A DNA stretch of 64,000 nt from Phoronis australis. Lineage: Eukaryota > Animalia > Phoronida. The stretch spans positions 735,066 to 799,065 of the forward strand of contig NMRA01000065.1 in NCBI GenBank assembly GCA_002633005.1, given 5' to 3'. The notes beneath the pieces were generated by a model. The model did not search any database and had not been told where the DNA came from. It saw nothing but the letters and a program-made list of their open reading frames with translations. The position numbers and the translations under genes were made by a program. The first letter of the stretch is position 1. The number at the start of each line of letters is the position of its first letter. Shown here one piece after another: positions 26,279-39,777 of this stretch.

Positions 26279-27244
26279 TGTTGTACTTCAACTTGGAGTC
26301 CTGCTTAATCTCAAGAATAAGCGGAAGTGAGTGTTGCGTGAACTAGGAATTCCAAGATTAAGCAAGTGATCTTGAGATTAAAAGCTGCCAAACCCCGTAC
26401 GTGAACTTAGAATCTTGCGTGAACTTGGAATTAAGCGGCTGCCTGGCACACAATCACAGAACAAGGTGCTTGGGCTGAAATCGTTACTGAACCGATAGGC
26501 TACGGAGAGAAAAGATTTCTAAAAAAATCGAGATAAAGCTCCCGTGGCCTGTTCATGAATACTGGTTATAACCGAGGAACTGGAATAAAAATCATTTAAG
26601 GACTGTATTGTGATTACATGTCCCTCAGTAATGCACCGGGCATTCAAAGTCATAGCCCTACGGCTACGGTGGTCATTTGAATCGTATTTTTTCTGTGTTG
26701 CTGCCTATTCCAATATGAATATAAAGCTGGATGTTTGAAATTAGTGCCTGGCTGACGTTTGATCAAGGGGGGAATTAAACATTCTCTAACTGGCTGCAAT
26801 ACATTTTTTAGCGAGTAAAAAACATGTTTTTTTTCTATTACCCTTAGAGCACTTCTGAGCGCATTCTCAGTTCTTTCTACCTAATTCCGAGTTTAAGCAC
26901 ACTGGTTGCTTAAACTTGGAATAATTCAATTTCTTCTTAAATTCACGATGTAAGCTAAGCCTTCTCTTAATGATTGTAATACAATGTAAATGCATTTTCT
27001 ATTACTTTCGCATTCGCAGTTGTTTTCTACCCAATTCCAAGTTTAAGCAAGGGCGTGGCTCGCTTCAACTTGGAATAACTCAATTTCTGCTTCACAAAAA
27101 CTCACGTGGTGAACCAAACATTCTCTGCGACTGGTTGCAATACATTTTAAATGCTTTTTTCTATTACCTTTAAAATACTTCTGAGCGCATTCGCAGTTTT
27201 TTAACCCTGTAAATTCAACGTTTAAGCAAGATACCCCCTTGCTT

Positions 27245-28104
27245 ATTCTTATTCTATTAACTTTTCTTGCGATGTCCAGCTTAAATGGTTTCAAATACGT
27301 TTAACTCACAGACTACTCGGAACCAATAAGTTTTTGAGTATAAAAAATAAGGCGGTCTGATACACGTTGTACCAGACGTGCGCAGGCCTCGCATGTGGGC
27401 CCATTGCACTGATCACCTGGAAATATTTTTATGCTTTATTAATATATGGTTAAAACCGAGCTGAGGAGCTAGAAACCTGGCTCAAGGTTTTAGCAGTGTG
27501 ACCTGGTGGGACTCGAAGCCACAACCTCGAGTAAAGAAAGCGGCACTTATCAACCAGGCCACACTGCCTCCTAAGTTTTTGAGTAAGATTGGTGTTAGAA
27601 ATTCAGATAGTTGTACTTTTTGTAATTCTCATTCTGAAGACCCTTTTCATTTGTATTGGTCTTGTTTACGTGTCCAAAGTTTTTGGAAAACTGTTGAAAA
27701 CTTGATAAAAAACCTCTGAGGAATTGATATGAAACTTGATCATTTTGACGTAATTTTTGGCTCCTTTAATGGACCAAAAATCATAAATCTACTTTAAAAT
27801 TTATGTTTAGGCAAGTACCAAATTCACGAGCAAAGATTTTAGAATGTAAAACCATGTTTTGCACTTTTTCAACATTTTGTTTCTGATTACTACAAAGTAG
27901 AAAAGGTTATGTACTATGACCAGTGCAGGTATCTCGACTTCGAGGAACGATGGGCCCCCTCTAACACCTTTATTTTAATTTACACTACATACAACCAATG
28001 GCCCATCTGTGTATGAATGTGAGCGTGACTGTGTGCGTGAATGTTTATACTGTTTGGCTTTATTGTATTTGCACTACGATAACAATAAAACTTTTTGACA
28101 AAAA
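27245..28104 (+). mobile_element. 5'-truncated L1/Tx1-type LINE (ORF2 C-terminal zinc finger, 3' UTR, A tail)
   Basis: KWFQIRLTHRLLGTNKFL..KIG..SDSCTFC...ED..HLYWSC..VQSFW, followed by AATAAA and an A tail. TSD aagatac(c/g)cccttgctt at 27228-27244 and 28105-28121. Confidence 0.85.
27341..27571 (-). mobile_element. tRNA-derived SINE inserted in the LINE
   Basis: Head GGAGGCAGTGTGGCCTGGTTG (A-box) and GCTTCGAGTCCC (B-box-like). 14-bp TSD taagtttttgagta at 27327-27340 and 27572-27585. Confidence 0.8.
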
Positions 28105-31100
28105 AAGATACGCCCTTGCTTTAACTTGGAATAATTCAATTTCTGCTTTACAAAATATCCCATAGCGAACCAAACATTCGGTAACTGGTTGCAAGACATT
28201 TCAAATGCATTTTCTAATAATTTTGGAACACTTCTGAGCGCATTCGCAGTTTTTTCTACCCAATTCGAAGTTTAAGAAAGGGCGTGGTACGCGTAAACTT
28301 GGAATAATTCAACTTCCGCCTTACAAAAATCACGTGGTTAACCAAACATTCTTTCACTGGTTCCAATGCATTGTAAATGCATTTTCTATTACTTTTGAAA
28401 CACCCCTGAATGCATTTCGTAGTTTTTGTACCCAACTCCAAGTTTAAGCAAGCAACGCCCTGGCTTAAACTTGGAATAGTTCAATTTCTTCTTTACAAAA
28501 AATCGTGTGGTGTAGCAAATATTTTCTGACCGGTTACAGTATGTCAGTAATGCATTCTCTATTACGTTTGGAACACGTCTGAATGCATTCTCAATTGTTT
28601 TCTACCCAATTCTAAGTTTAAGCCAGGGCGGACATAGGACACCATCCGTTGCCCTTGCCTTGGTACAAAGCTGTATGCCAAATTAATTTAGAACAAAATA
28701 CTGTTCCCTTTAATAAGCAAACTTGGATTCTTTTCATTTCACAAAAAACTAAGTGGTGAAGCAAGCTTTCTGTCGCAGATTACAATAAACTGTAAACGCA
28801 ATTCCTGTTCTTGATACTACTCTAACACATTAGCAATCGTCTTCTACATAATTTCAAAATTAACCAGTACTTAAAACAGTATGGGGTTTCACATTTTCAA
28901 TTGTGTAAAAAAATTTAATACCTTTAATGAGACACTTTCATAGACAAAAAAATGAAATCCTAGAGTTGGGCCAATTCTATTTGGAAACCCCAGGGGGTCA
29001 CGGAAAACATGTTCTCCGCATTCTCTCACTGGAGATGATGTATGTTACAACTAAAATGGTGGATAGTTTTTAAAGATATTTAAAAATAAGAATGTGACTT
29101 TGCTTTAACAATATCTGCATGGACAGGTCTAAGTTTTTATTTTTTCCAACATGCCACCAAATTATATTACAACATAAAACATACTCTGTAAAGGTACAAA
29201 GGCTGGCATACAGTATTTTTCAAACTAAACTACACAATGTCGTAATTTGACAAGGCTAGTAAAATATTTGTTTCTTTTCCAATGGAATCCAATCCAATTC
29301 TAGCTAAATCTCAACAAAAACAACTTATTGAGCAAGACCAGTCACAAACACAAAACTATGGACTAGACACAATGTTGACATTCAACTCTGACAAAAGTTC
29401 GACTACGTAAACTGACAAATTATTCTGGTAAGAAGTTTATCCAAATTTGGCAGTCTTGGAGACTTCTGTTGAAGTCTGCCAATTTGTTGGCATCAGGTGA
29501 TACATAGTTACATCTAAAATGCTCTCTTTCCCGAGCACGGTTTGAACCCAGGACTTTCTGCTAACCCGTTAGCCAACACCTGATGTGATTAATATATGGC
29601 GTATGTGAAGACCAACAGTTATACGACATCATTCACTTCGCAGTAAAAGAAAAGTGTTCAAGCATCAGGTTAAGGTTATGGGAGATCCTAAACAAATGTC
29701 TAAACTTGGTGAAGCGGAAAACATATCTTGCAAATGGCTGATAGGATTCCAAAAAAACTTTCAGATCTTGTACTTTATGCACTGTTCCCCATCAGGCTTT
29801 TAGAGATTGTCTTTTGACTGATCTACTTTTTCATGGGAGGGCTAGCTAAAACAGGGACTTTCAGTAATTTCATGAAAAATTCAAACATTGATTAAAACGA
29901 AAATGGTTACTAAAAAAACAGAATCGGCATTTTTCAGATTCCATCTTGAACATTTATATAAAAAGAAAATTGGTCATGTTATCGACTCCACTGTTTTGTT
30001 ATGAATGCATTCCCTTTTTGGAATCTTATTAAAAATATGGTCAAGGGACCCAGTTAATGGCAGATTGATATATAAAGTCATTATATACAGACTCTCTACT
30101 TTCATGAATTAAATTAGAGTTTTAGAAATTTAAATTCCAAAGTTTGTACATATTTGTAAGTAAGGGGCCAGATAACTTTATGACCTGACATTAAATTTTG
30201 GGTTACTCATGTTTCATTACATGACAACTGATACTTGTGTCCTCTGATTGATCCACCACCCTGTGGATTAACACTTTTCATTTACGCCACCAGGATGTCA
30301 CGCAACTAGAAATGTGACAAATCAGATACCATAAAAATCATAAACCCTGACAACAAATTAAGCAGATAATGTCAGTACATCAAAGCATTAAAGAAGCATC
30401 AGTAGCCATTTAATAAAAGAAATATAGACTGATCTATCAGGCAGATTAGGTTACATAGACCTGAGAGGGACATATGCTGCATTTAATGTGATTCATTGGC
30501 AAGCAGCTTCAAATGCTGTAACAGCAATGAAATGGGGTCCTCCAACTTTGGCTAATCTGTTGACCTACAGACAGGGCACAGTAGCACGAATGGTTGTCAC
30601 CGACTCTGTGTAAGCGATAAAGATGTTCACTAAGATGTGCTGTCAATGAGACCAGTTGTGTGTCCCTGATTTAGCAGCTTGAACGTGCTGCGTCATTTGA
30701 GGGGGACTCTTCCTCTTATCCGTGACTTTCTGGAAGACAGGAAGCTGCTTGGAACCTGTTTAAAATAAATAGAATAGTTTAAATTCCTTTTATGCAAACA
30801 CGATAATACTACATACAAAATTCTTCAATCAAAAATACGGATTACAGACAAAATTGTTTTCATCTTGACGTGCATAATACCTGTGACAAATACATATACA
30901 ACAAGTTTTGAAAAGTGAACAATGATCCAGATTTATTGTCAGTAGTTGAATGTTGGATCTATGAGAAAATCAAGTAAATGGAAAATCTATCATTCTCTGT
31001 TTCCACATTTTGACAATGATAATTTATTTGTCAGCAGATTCAAACAAGATCACTCATCGCATTCAAGTATTTTATGTACTATACAGTGGCGGATCTAGGA

Positions 31101-32671
31101 TACCATAAGGGGGGGGCGGCCCAACATGTTGCCTCAGGGAATTGGGCAAACTGCGATTGTATAGGCACTGGGGGCCCGCAAGTTGTGGGAGCTGAGGACG
31201 CAGACCTTCTGTTCAGAAAATTTATCGGTGGACTGAAAAAGGGGAACACGATTCCACCGCAATCTGGGATCTGAACCTCCCATCCGCTGCCGGTCCTAGT
31301 TAGTGAACTCTCTTTTTCTTCGCCGCTTTACGCTGTTTCTGTTTCATTTTGCTGGCGGCAGCCAAGGTGGGAGGGGGCGGGCCCCCCTATGCTATAGACA
31401 ACTGAATACAACCTATAAATGAAAGCGTTGATGGAACAAACACGTTCCTGACAGAAGACAACCTTCAAGGACAATGACAACTGCATAAAAAGCTGAAAAT
31501 CACTTATCTTGCATAAAGAAAAACCAATGAACACAACTTAGATGTGTCATTACCTCTGTATGCTCCTTACTCACATGGGAACATTTGTATCGAACATTAC
31601 TGTATGCCACCATGTTTCAGTCCAACTGTTAAATGTTAGTAACTGTATGTAAAGATGTCGGCAACCTGCAAAAGACGCATATGCATATGTTACCTCACTC
31701 AGTCTAACATGGTTGCTTTTCAAACAGCGAGTGCTGGGCAGTGGTTTGTAAGCTATTGTGCCAAAGCAAGTGGTATGGACAGTACTATTTCACTGGGCCA
31801 CTTTTGTCTGTCTTTACATACATAGGCGTATTGTTATGTGGGTCTGTACTGAGCAGAGAAAGGCAAAAATATCGTTGGCCAGAAAAGTCTAATCATCTCT
31901 ATGAGAACATTCAAAACCTGTCAACAGAACTTCAGAGAGTTGTGTTCTGTAACTATTGTCTGATTGTCACCAATATTTAGACCTGATGACATCACACAGC
32001 ATACCAATGAAAAACTAATATTCATTAAATTGCACGTTTAAAAATGAAATGAGTATTTCCACTTTATTTGCCAAAAATAACGCTTTTACTCAACAAGCGT
32101 TATCTGAACTTCTCCCTTAATCAGATAAGAAAGAATTACATATCCCTGCTTAGGCCATGCTGCCAACGATTGGCGATGTCGTGAGATATAAATGGAAACA
32201 CTTCCACCAATTACGAGCAAATTGCGAGCTACAAGCACTGGCGTATACACGGGGGGGGTGAGGTGGCAGTTACAACGGTGCATGACAAACTGTTCAATGC
32301 AAAACCCCTCTCGGTACGGTACATTCATTGTATCCTATCCTAACTCTTAATGATCTTAATCCTTTTCATTGAAAATGTCCCAGGTTGCCAGTCATTTCAA
32401 ACCTTAGGTCGCCCACCCAATCATCCCAGTCAAGCCACGCTTGGAAACAATTAATTACCAAGAGCATAATAACATACATAATGGGCAATAAAAACAATTA
32501 CAACAGAAACAATAACTCACGACAAACGAATTCATATACACCATTCGAAATTTAAGTTAACAATTGCACACTAGATGTCGCAAGTGCTTGCTTAATCTCA
32601 ATATCACTTGCGTAAACTTGGAATAGAAACTTATTCCAAGTTCACTCACGATTCCAAGTTGAAGTACAACA

Positions 32672-32790
32672 CAGTGACATATATCATGTGACGTGTTAGT
32701 TGTACAAGTGTATCGTAGTGCAATGACCTATATCATGTGACGTGTTAGATGTGCAAGTGTGTTGTAGTGCAATGACCTATATCATGAACG
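32672..32790 (+). repeat. About 49-bp minisatellite, right part
   Basis: About 2.4 tandem units matching 26189-26278. Confidence 0.85.
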
Positions 32791-35351
32791 CATAATTGCA
32801 GTAATGTAAGCTACATCGAGACTGTCCGGTCATATCCCAAAAAACATTATGATTTGTTACGATTAGATTGCTCTACTTAATATGTACACTTTCTGCCAAC
32901 ACAGCTGGAAACTTGCCTTCATAAATAGAGAGTATTAAGTACTAGTCCACGAGAGCACCAGCCATGAGCGGCAAGGTGGGGGTCAGCCGATTTTCACCAA
33001 ATTTGGCACATAGGTAGTCCTATAGGATCTATAAACAGTGGTAAAATATTTCCTCAAAATATTGCGTTTTTCTAAAGTTATAGGCTCAAACACATTTTAC
33101 GGCTTCGCAGCCATGTTTTCACGGTATAAAAACTGTCCAGTTTTAACTGTTCATATTTTTCCTTGAATGAAAGCTATTGATTTATTATTCACTTGGCATT
33201 GTTTAGTGGTGCCTGTAGATTGTTACACAGATGTCTTGAAACACGATTCCGATTTATCACCCTCATTTAGTAGTTTTACTACACTGCCCCCCGTTATGCC
33301 ATTTTGAGGTTGTGTTCAGTACACTGCTGTACCAAATCTGCCCCCACTGCTAAGAGAATGAAACTTAGCCAAAATGTTGACAAAACATGTTACTTTCATT
33401 TCATAAAATAAAAACTTTGTCNGTTGGGCTATGCAAGCGAACAAGTTGGGAGCAACGGGATGTCGCCGTCATGTCCTTGTTGTCACGTTTTCCCCTTGTG
33501 TGGGGTGAGCGCAGGTTGTTACCGGTTTTCCGTGCGAGGATAGGCTGAAGATTGGTTTGAGTGAGTTATTGGACAGGATTGTTCATCCATGAACAACCCT
33601 GCCCATATTGCACACGCTGAGCCACAACACCACGTTCCTTCTCTCTTTTTATCACTCCGGCTGGTCTGCTCACTCAGGTTGTCCAGAACCTGCTTTGGGC
33701 CAGGTTGTTATAGCCCAGTTGGCTGTTTAGTGTACCCACTTGGTACTGCTATTTGACCATTTGGCAGCAGTTTGTACCCACTTGGTATATTGAATTTGCC
33801 GTTTTGCTCGACCCACTTTGTAGGCAATCGGCCAATACCCATTGGTACTATATACTAACCTGTGTCACTTTGTATCCTATATTCAATAACACGTACATTG
33901 GGTATCGCAAAAGCATGTGTTATCTCTTGTAATTAAGGTACCAATTGATACCTTTTGTGAAATAATCATTTGTAGAGCTGTAACCCTGAAATTCGACCCA
34001 ATACATGTGTCATTCTTGTGTTGTTTTATTTGTCCCCAATAATCCCGACCTTGCGTTTACAAGCCTAATCAAACAAAACGTCCGACGTAATGTTTGTTCT
34101 ACGCTCCAGCCAGTGCTGCGAAGCCTTGACTTTGTGATGATCTTCTGAGACACGTTCAGCAACTGTTACATTCGCTGATTCAATAACCTGCTGTCTTTGT
34201 AGTTGGCTCTCTATGACTATTGCTGTAACTGCTGATTCTCTTCAGTGCAACTAAACTGTAACTTACTTTAACTGGCTTTCAACTGTCACCTTCATCGTTT
34301 AACTCCTTAACTCACTTATAACAATAACAAACCCGTGCCTACAGGAACTACAGACCACAACGTTTCACGAGAAGCAATGGACGAGCGGTGACAATCCCGC
34401 CTATCTTTAGAAATGCTTGACTTCCTTGTAAGCGCATTATTCACGGTATGGTATGAATAAAAGTAAATAATGCGCACACGTATATATTTTCCACCCTTTG
34501 ATACATGTACCAATTGAAATGCAATACTAATACAAGTGTACTCAAGAGTTTCACTGTTACTTCTCGGTGCTTTCTACCTGCATTAGTTATTTATCGGGAT
34601 CTTCAGACATACGAACGCCGATTTTTGGTGAGTGATTATTTGGATTTTTGATTGGACTTTAAAACAAAATTTGACTCTTAAATACAATTGTAACATACTT
34701 CATTTAGTTTCAACTGATTTGTGAATATTTTTATAAAAGTTTAAGAAAGACAAAAATCTGGTGAAATTGCGAACTTGTAAACAAAAATTGGACATTTAAT
34801 TTTCGCATCACGTATCTTAATGCGGCTGTAAATTTGCCTTTAATGATCATAAAAACTCATTCAGTTTTGATTAGTTACGTTTTTTGTCATACTGAAGAGC
34901 GTATTTGCGGATTTCAAGAGAATTCATACAAGGCGTATTCCGTTATTGGGTTTCAGGTCTCCAAGTGGGCTTGTCACGGCGTGTCATTTAATACGCTATG
35001 CATGCTACCATCAAACAACAAGCTACTGATTTTTTACAAACTCAGAGATTTTATTAATCTGTTTAAAGAACAGCACAGTCAGTGGACTAAGTCGTCAATT
35101 TGCTGTTTTGACAGCAGAACTGGGTTTAACACCCGTATAGCACAGAACGCTGAAATAATAGTTTTCTGTACTCCAGCTGCTGCCCTACTGTGTTTGTGAT
35201 GACAGTGGATTTTGAAGACTTCTCGTGGAGACACATGTTCAGAATTACATCATTGTTTAATAGACTGCAGGTCGTTCTTAAAATTGTCGTTGACTCATGC
35301 TCAATAATTACTAATAGTTTCTCGTTATTTCAGGTGCACGCAACAAGCACC

Positions 35352-38300
35352 ATGTTCCTGAGATGTTCCTTTCTCCTATTTATTTCTTGCATCGTCTCCC
35401 AAATTTTGGAGTGCTCCTTTTCTACTCCGTCTGGTTGTAAGGTCACAAAAACAAGTCTGGACTGTTCACAGACAGGTCTCGGGACTGTCCCGGAAGATAT
35501 TAGCAATCATTTCATGGCCATGAATTTTAGTCAAAATCAAATCTCTGTAATTCCAGTTTTAGTGTTTCAAAATATGACTGAGCTACGGTTTTTGGATTTG
35601 TCGCACAACCACATTCTTCGTTTAGAAAAGGGTTGCTTCGCTGGACTAAGGAATTTGGAGGTTCTTATGCTAAATGACAACAAAATCAATTACGACGATT
35701 TGAAAGGGGAGGAGATGACGGAACTCATAAATTTGCGTAATTTAGACATAAGTAGACAGGACGGGTCATATCGATGGTATCCAAACCAAACCTTAAAATC
35801 TCTTACCAAGCTAGAAGAAATTCACCTTCACGTGGTAAATAACGCCGTATTCGGAGTAGAGATGGAAACTTTGACCAGTTTACGAACTATTGAATTCATA
35901 GGTACAAGTTCAAGTCAAGACGTCGGAGAAAATCTCTTCAGGACTTTGAAAAACATTTCCATCAAGTCCTTGTATTTTCGGGATTGCTACATAGCCTGTT
36001 TGGATATCAATTCATTCAAGAACCTTCATTGGCTAGAAAATTTTGAAATCACTCACTTTCACGGATTAAATAATTTAGGACAAATTTTACCGAGTTTATA
36101 CAGCTTGTGGTCTCCTCTCAAGAGATTGGTCATAAGTGGTAAATGTTCTTGCCAGGAAATGGCGGCAAGCAATGAATCGGGGAAATCATTAAGCATTCCT
36201 TTTCAACCTTTTAATGTCACGGAAGACGTGCTGAAAAAATTATCGCACTTACCACTCGAACATTTAAATTTGCAACACGATAGAATATCGGGTATGGTGT
36301 GGAAGTTACACAAGTACTTTCCGAGGTTGCGTTACCTGTCGATGAGTTTAACTTATTTACTGGTTGAACTAATACAACCACAATACTATGTTAGCCTGTA
36401 TACTGATTTGTTGAGATTAGAAAAGTTATCCGTAATAGATTTTAGCGGACGCGGGAAGTTGAACACTCTTTGTAAAAGACAGGTGACAAAAAGCAAGACA
36501 TCGTTCAAGACAAAGAATGGTCCTGAGCTACATTTAGCACTGCCCAAAAACCTTGAGTCAGTATATCTTCGGGGAACGTTTCCGCCGCACAGTTATTTAG
36601 GTGTCGAACTTCGCTTTCTAAAAAATAAGCTAAAACGTGTAGATTTTTCGGGAAATTATTTTGTTAATTTCCCAGTGTATGAAAGAATTATAGGTTTGGA
36701 CCGTCTAGAGTATTTCAACCTTGCGTCTAATGATCTACATGGACTTCCTTGTGGAATCTTTCAAAATTTGACCAGTCTAAAAACTCTGGATTTGTCTCAC
36801 AATCTGTTAGCAGACAAACTGGCCAAAGACGAATATGGCACTATCTTCCAAAATATGACTACGGTTGTCAAAATCGACTTATCTGGAAACGGGATTTATA
36901 AACTTCACATCAACACTTTCCATCACTTAAAGAAAGTCAGGGAAGTCATTTTGCGGAACAATCGCCTTGCTTCGTTACCAGCGTTTAAACATGGAACTCT
37001 AGAGAATCTGGACCTCTCGTACAACTTTCTAACGGATGCCCCCGTGCACATTGAGTACTTGACTGCTTTAAAGTTAGTAGATATGACGTCTAACCGAGTA
37101 GAGTATCTCAGCAAGGCATCTTTAGATTCGTTAGACAAACGGAACGTAACGGTTTTACTTGCGGACAACCCGTTCAACTGCACAAGATGCGAAATGTTGG
37201 TGCTTTTCCGTTGGTTGCACGAGTACCTCGAAGTTGCACGAAGATACGGACTACACATCAAAGACAACCACTCAGTTTACTGTTCACACAACACCTCATT
37301 ACGACTCTCAAACTTCCAGTTTGACGACTTACAAAACAAGTGCACGCCGACCTTATGGATTTGGTTGTCTTTGTCTACCATCTTATTGTTAACCGCGTTG
37401 ATAGTTGGCTTGGGAGTAGCGTATCGCAGGCGGTGGACCATTCGGTTTTGGTTGATTCATGCTGCAAGACAGGGATACCATCGTTTACCCATGCCAGAGT
37501 ATAAATATGACGCATTTCTTTGTCACAGCGGCGAGAACACCTGGTGGGCTAAACGTATTCAAGACCATTTAGAGAACAACGATGATATTGGAATGAAACT
37601 ATGTATATACTACAGAGATTTCCCCGTGGGTGTACCCATTGTCGAGTGTGTTAATGATGCTATTGTCGACAGCCGATACATAATTCTACTTATCACCAAG
37701 TAAGTATAAACGATCTCGTACAAGGCAGATTGTCACCCACCTTTACAGTTCAACATATATAACTTTTGTAATTACCGATATCTGTAGTAGTTTAGTTTGT
37801 CATAATATATATGACCTTTAATCTCATCTACACGTGTTTCACTGTAAACTAGCTTCAGTATCTCTTCGCAGTTACCGCATATAAATATTGTTTTTGAAAC
37901 ATCTCTTTGGTCAACTTATAAGCAACATGTTTACTTCCTACTCGTCCCGAAGTGAACCATCTCTGGATTGTCACTGCCTTAGTCACCTCAAATTCGTTTC
38001 CGAATTGCAAGAGCAAGATAGATCACCTTCAGAAAAGTTGCTGTGGACGATTAAGTGCAACAATTTCAGCAACATTATCAATGATTATTCTGTTTATGAT
38101 CAGACATTTCGTCATTTCAACAACTAGAATGTAATGAATACACTATTCACTGACAATACGTGACTAAATTGATTAAAACGTGATTCCTGTTTGCATTTCA
38201 GAAGTTTCATAAAAAGTCAGTGGTGCATATATGAGTTCTTCATGGCAAAATCCAAAGTGTTCTGCGAAGAAAATCGCAGTCGACTGATCGTTCTTGTTAT

Positions 38301-38466
38301 GGAGAAACTGACTGACGATGTGTTGAGAATAGCACCACGAACTCTCCAAAATCTGATGAAGGACAGTGTTTATTTGGAGTGGACAGACAACGCGTTAGGT
38401 CAAGAACAGTTCTGGAAGCGCTTGCGGGAGAGGCTTAGGACAGAACCACCGCTTTACATACCGTGA
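35352..38466 (+). CDS. TLR: Toll-like receptor, single-cysteine-cluster type; coding exons 35352-37699 and 38202-38466, about 870 aa
   Basis: Signal peptide, LRRNT (C..DCS), many LxxLxLxxN repeats, LRRCT NPFNC..C, a TM helix, and TIR boxes YKYDAFLCHS, RDFPVG and FWKRLR. A phase-2 intron (AA|gtaagt...ttcag|A) restores ILLITKSFIKSQWCIYEF. Confidence 0.95.
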
Positions 38467-39697
38467 ATGGGTGTTATTTTGGTGGAAGCACTGCCAAACA
38501 TTTATGACTGATTTTATTATATTTGACTTACATTCAGTTAGTGTATTTATTGATTTATATGTATAATGTATAATTTGAAGTCACTTCTACATGTACGTTT
38601 CCATTCCTTGCCTCTGTCTTCATATTTCCATCCTTCTCCCCCCNATCTCTCGAATCCGGGAACTCTTCTTCGCTTCCTACCTATCTTGCACTTGTGTTGA
38701 TTGATGTTTTACCTCTCACTGATATAGTACAAGTTTGAAATAATAAAGGCCACTATATAAATATCAAACTTCGGAACACGGTATCTCAGAAATGGGTGAT
38801 CACCAATTCCACCAGTGTCCAGTTGCATGAAACAGTCCCAAATAGGGACTAAACTAATTCCCCTAAATCTCTTGCTAATTTTGAAACTCGTGCGTCCAAT
38901 ATTTTCAAAAGATGTCTTTATTATCTGTTATGGGAGTGCGACAAGGGACAACATCTGATTTGGGTGGAATCAGTTAAACGATTGGCAACCTGTAAAAATG
39001 ACAAAATTCCCAATAAAGTGACTTTATTTTATTTTAATGATTATAAGGTAATCAGGGGGACGTTACCATGAAAGGCACATCATCACATGGCAGGAAGGGG
39101 CACAGGTTAGACATTAAACAGTTTCCCAAGTGCTAAAACTGCCACTGGTGTGGCAGCTCAGGTTAGACTCATTCGAAAACATGCATGTAAATAATATTAG
39201 CTTTGGGCAAATTAGAAATAAAAAGTGGAAAACAAAAACGACGCTAGAGTACAGCAAGTAAGCGACGTTGCGATAGTAATCAAGTGCCATTCTCAGGTAC
39301 AACAGTAGACAGAAAACAAAATATCGCAGCAGAATATCAGATTATTGTTGAAACGTCGTTCTCAAACATGCATGCGCCATCGTTTCCTCGATGAAAATGT
39401 TTTGGACAAATTTCATGAAATTTCACCAAAGACATCTAGTCATAGAAACCGTCACCAGGAGGCCAGCAGTAGTCGAAGTTTCTAAAACTGACATCTACTG
39501 ATTTGATTACCACAGAAACATATTTGCAAAAATTAATGAAGCTCCTTTATTAGGTTGATGAGATACAGCATCATCATGCACTGTGATGGTGTGTCTTTTC
39601 TATCGGAATTTGCTTGAAAACAAACAGAAAGCCAGTTCTTCATTCATTTTCTTTGTCAGAGAGCAAGCTGGTGAAAAATATCATTGAAAATCAACAG

Positions 39698-39777
39698 CAG
39701 CCGGTAAACTGACCCCCACGTCACAGCCGGTAAACTGGCCCCCATTTCACAACCGGTAAACTGGTCCCCACGTCACC
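39698..39777 (+). repeat. Three copies of a 26-bp tandem repeat
   Basis: cagccggtaaactg(a/g)ccccca(c/t)... x3. Confidence 0.85.

Larger units (their letters stand above)
26780..28870 (+). repeat. Tandem array of about 170-175-bp units inside the TIR element
   Basis: A ccaattccaagtttaagca-like anchor recurs at about 26881, 27031, 27211, 28260, 28432, 28607 and 28848. Confidence 0.8.
26279..32671. mobile_element. 6.4-kb TIR DNA transposon (TGT...ACA termini, about 4-bp TSD; possibly Ginger-like) with decayed internal exons
   Basis: TIRs TGTTGTACTTCAACTTGGAGTC and GATTCCAAGTTGAAGTACAACA match at 21/22; flanks are cggt/cagt; removing the element restores the minisatellite unit. Subterminal aacttggaat motifs occur at both ends. 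Confidence 0.7.

Noticed and set aside
26780-28870. Regularly spaced repeats resembling a CRISPR array
   Set aside because: Whole units are homologous (no unique spacers), there are no cas genes, and the context is eukaryotic.
33979-34394. TGTAAC...GTGACA solo-LTR candidate upstream of the TLR
   Set aside because: No TSD and no second copy in the window.
35190-35351. N-terminal extension of the TLR ORF
   Set aside because: Mostly intronic: an acceptor ttcag ends at 35333 and the ATG at 35352 starts the signal peptide.
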